DNA of 63,075 nucleotides, counting the filler, from Olpidium bornovanus S191 (Eukaryota; Fungi; Olpidiomycota): assembly GCA_017911155.1 (NCBI GenBank). It is 27 parts of 27 records of this genome, joined end to end, with 100 filler letters (N's around TTAATTAATTAA, not from the genome) between each part and the next. Parts side by side here need not be neighbours in the genome. Positions count along the whole stretch, not along the records: positions 60,791 to 63,075 come from JAEFCI010008197.1; 26 more parts are not named here. One strand, 5' to 3'. Made by a program: the position numbers and the translations under genes. Below are positions 60,691 through 63,075 of the stretch, in pieces. Positions within the stretch are counted from its first letter, which is position 1. Every line of letters starts with the position of its first letter. The notes under the pieces are model-generated. The model saw only the letters and a list, made by a program, of their open reading frames with translations, made no database searches and was not told the DNA's origin.

Positions 60691-61694
60691 NNNNNNNNNN
60701 NNNNNNNNNNNNNNNNNNNNNNNNNNNNNNNNNNTTAATTAATTAANNNNNNNNNNNNNNNNNNNNNNNNNNNNNNNNNNNNNNNNNNNNACGAGCGCCG
60801 TTTGTTCTGTCGGTTTCGTTTATTCACGGTCGGTCGTGTTCGGGTGCAGGTTCTGGGCAAATCATCACCGGTCTGAAGTTCCACGCCAGGGGGGAAATCC
60901 GCAATTTGCTCCGAATTCAAGTCGGGCGTGCGAAACGAACTCGTCGCGCTCACGCCTTTCCACGAAATTATTCTGCGCCGCTTGAACTAGAAAACAAATG
61001 CGAACAAACAAACCTTTTTTTTAAAAAAAAAAACCGCCCGAAACGGAAGTATATCAAAACCCGAAGCGTCTTTTTCTCCTATACTAATATGGCAGACTTT
61101 ATATAGTAATGTATGGAAAAAAATCGCGCGTGCCGCATTTCGTCTTTTATTTATTTTTTATACGCTTGCGATCCGCGACGCGTCCGGCGGGACCGGGTTT
61201 TTATCTTTAGCCGGGCACCCGCGTCCGCGCGTGCGGGGGGAGGGGACGCCGCGACTACGCTAAAAAAAACGCGACAGAAGAGCGAGAGCGGTATCCTCGC
61301 CAAATAAAAAAAAAAAACGGGCAGAAGAGACCTCGAGAAGCGAAGTTTACCGTCGCGTCCTCCCTGTAGATTACGGGAAGGTTTCGGGGTTTGAAAGAGC
61401 TCTACGGGAGCTGTATTTCGTCTCTTTTGTTTATCTTTATTAGGGAGAGCCCTACGGGCGTTTAGGGGCGACGTGTGCGCAGTGCTTCTATTCAGCCTCT
61501 CCCACCCCCCCCGCCTCACTGGCCACACTATCGCCCACGGTCACCGACTAAGTCTATAAAGGGAGATAAAGTACCTTTGGCGCCGTAACTACAAGGCGGT
61601 TTCTCGCTTGCGCGCCCAGGCAGTGTTCACGCAATTTTTGCTCGCCTGCCGACTTGGTCGCGGAATTTCGCGAATTTCAGTCGGTATAGCAGTT

Positions 61695-61855
61695 TGGTCT
61701 GCCGGGTTCTGTGCCGTCCCCACGCGACGGATGCTGATGTTCGCTTCTGCGGCGCACCAACGTAGATGGTGATGACAAATGTCAATGTGGTTCAACCTTT
61801 TAGACGCCCTATTGTCGGAGGCCAATTCCGCTGCGCCTGTGTTGTCTATCATCAG
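61695..61855 (-). mobile_element. Isolated copia RNase H fragment, same family as 57963-58830
   Basis: LMIDNTGAAELASDNRASKRLNHIDICHHHLR...QNPAD versus LMIDNTGAAELASDNKASKR near 58630. Confidence 0.8.
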
Positions 61856-63075
61856 CCTGGTAAGTGGAGGGAGCGGGTGGGCGGAAAGCGGGAAGGGGGC
61901 CGGTAGCGGTAAGAGAGGGGAAAGGTGCGGAATTTTCCGGGCGCGCCCGAGGGTTTGAGAGCGGGGAGGGAGGAAGGCGAGAGAAATTCGCGTAACGCAA
62001 CGCCCAAAGACGAGACGGGAAGCAGGGCGGAACACACGGACTGTGGAACGAGAGACTCCGTCGGGGGCCCGTAGTCTCTCTACTACGTTCTGGCCCTTTC
62101 GGCAGTTGTGGGGTTTCCTGGCGAATTCTCAGGCGTTTTGCCCCGCGTTGTGCACTTCCCCCTCCTTTTTCCTCTACACTCCTCGTCGCGCACACTCCCT
62201 TATCATACAAACTCCACCTAACGCTCCGTCTATGAGACATTTTAATCTACCTTCCCTTCAGTGACATGTCCGCCGCCGCCGCCTCCATCCCCCTTCCCGT
62301 CAATACGCCCGACGCGCTCGACCTTCCCCATTCAACCGTTTCCGTTTTCGGTTGGGTCGAAGGCTCCACCGACCCCGTCTTCTGGATGATCGCTTTATAT
62401 TTCTGTATAACCATGCGAGAAGATATCGTCAGGAACAATCATCCCACGACCAGTGCAATTCGCATGTCATCGCGCTACCCGTTGTCGATGATGCCTATTG
62501 CCACCCGTCGCTGCCCTGTATAGTGTACGACCTGTTGCGTTTCCATTGCTCCTCAGATGGAAATGACAGAATTTCCGGTTAAATGGTTTGCTCAGCGTTG
62601 GGCCGACAGTCAGCCACACAGTTGGCCCTGCGCAAAATCGAAAGAATTAAAATTTTTGAAATCCAACCCACACGGCGTGCTGTTTACCAGGAGGAACACG
62701 AAGCACCGTCTAATTTTTATGGTTATTCGTGTGCGCGCAAGGGAATTCAAGAAGGTGCCTGTGACGTGGGGAACTCGAGCATCAGGTAACCAGCCGTCAC
62801 TCAGAGGCCCATTCAAACAGTTGTGAGCCGTCAAATTGTCGTTCCGCGGGAAGCCCGTCCGTGGACGAATCTCGAGGGACAAGGAGATCAACAAATCTCG
62901 AAAGATGACGAGATCGACGGAGATTTAGTGGTGAGTCGGCCGAAGTCGGGACCACATGGAACCACTGGATCGACAATTCGGGATGTACCAAGCGATGTGA
63001 GGTGGCACGAAGGCGATGCTCATTGGCGCGGCACCTCTGGTGTTAAATGAAAGAGGCACGGCCGCGGTTGGAGCA

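Overview
This window is not one locus. It is an artificial concatenation of 27 short contigs (about 1-6.4 kb) joined by 26 roughly 100-nt spacers (N-run + TTAATTAATTAA + N-run), so adjacency across spacers means nothing. Most contigs are eukaryotic: short GT-AG introns, long homopolymers and fungal-type housekeeping genes (ASPM/Asp, adenylate cyclase, M17 aminopeptidase, Pin4-like RRM, Tim23, Pex1, RPC82, PP2A-A, SMC6, a BRCA2-like BRC protein, a G1-cyclin-like tail). A ZMYND12 orthologue points to a flagellated (zoosporic, early-diverging) fungus; this is inference. Also present are an intron-containing IucA/IucC siderophore synthetase and several decayed Ty1/copia and Ty3/gypsy fragments. 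The most unusual contig (49102-55531) carries a mosaic of Streptomyces-type genes (GH38, GH4, GH55, alpha/beta hydrolase) with a frameshift, a nonsense codon and truncations. It joins without a gap to eukaryote-style microsatellite and tandem arrays and ends in a perfect 31-bp hairpin followed by CTAG|T, which resembles a Helitron 3' end. All protein identifications come from recalled family motifs and manual splicing; no database searches were run.
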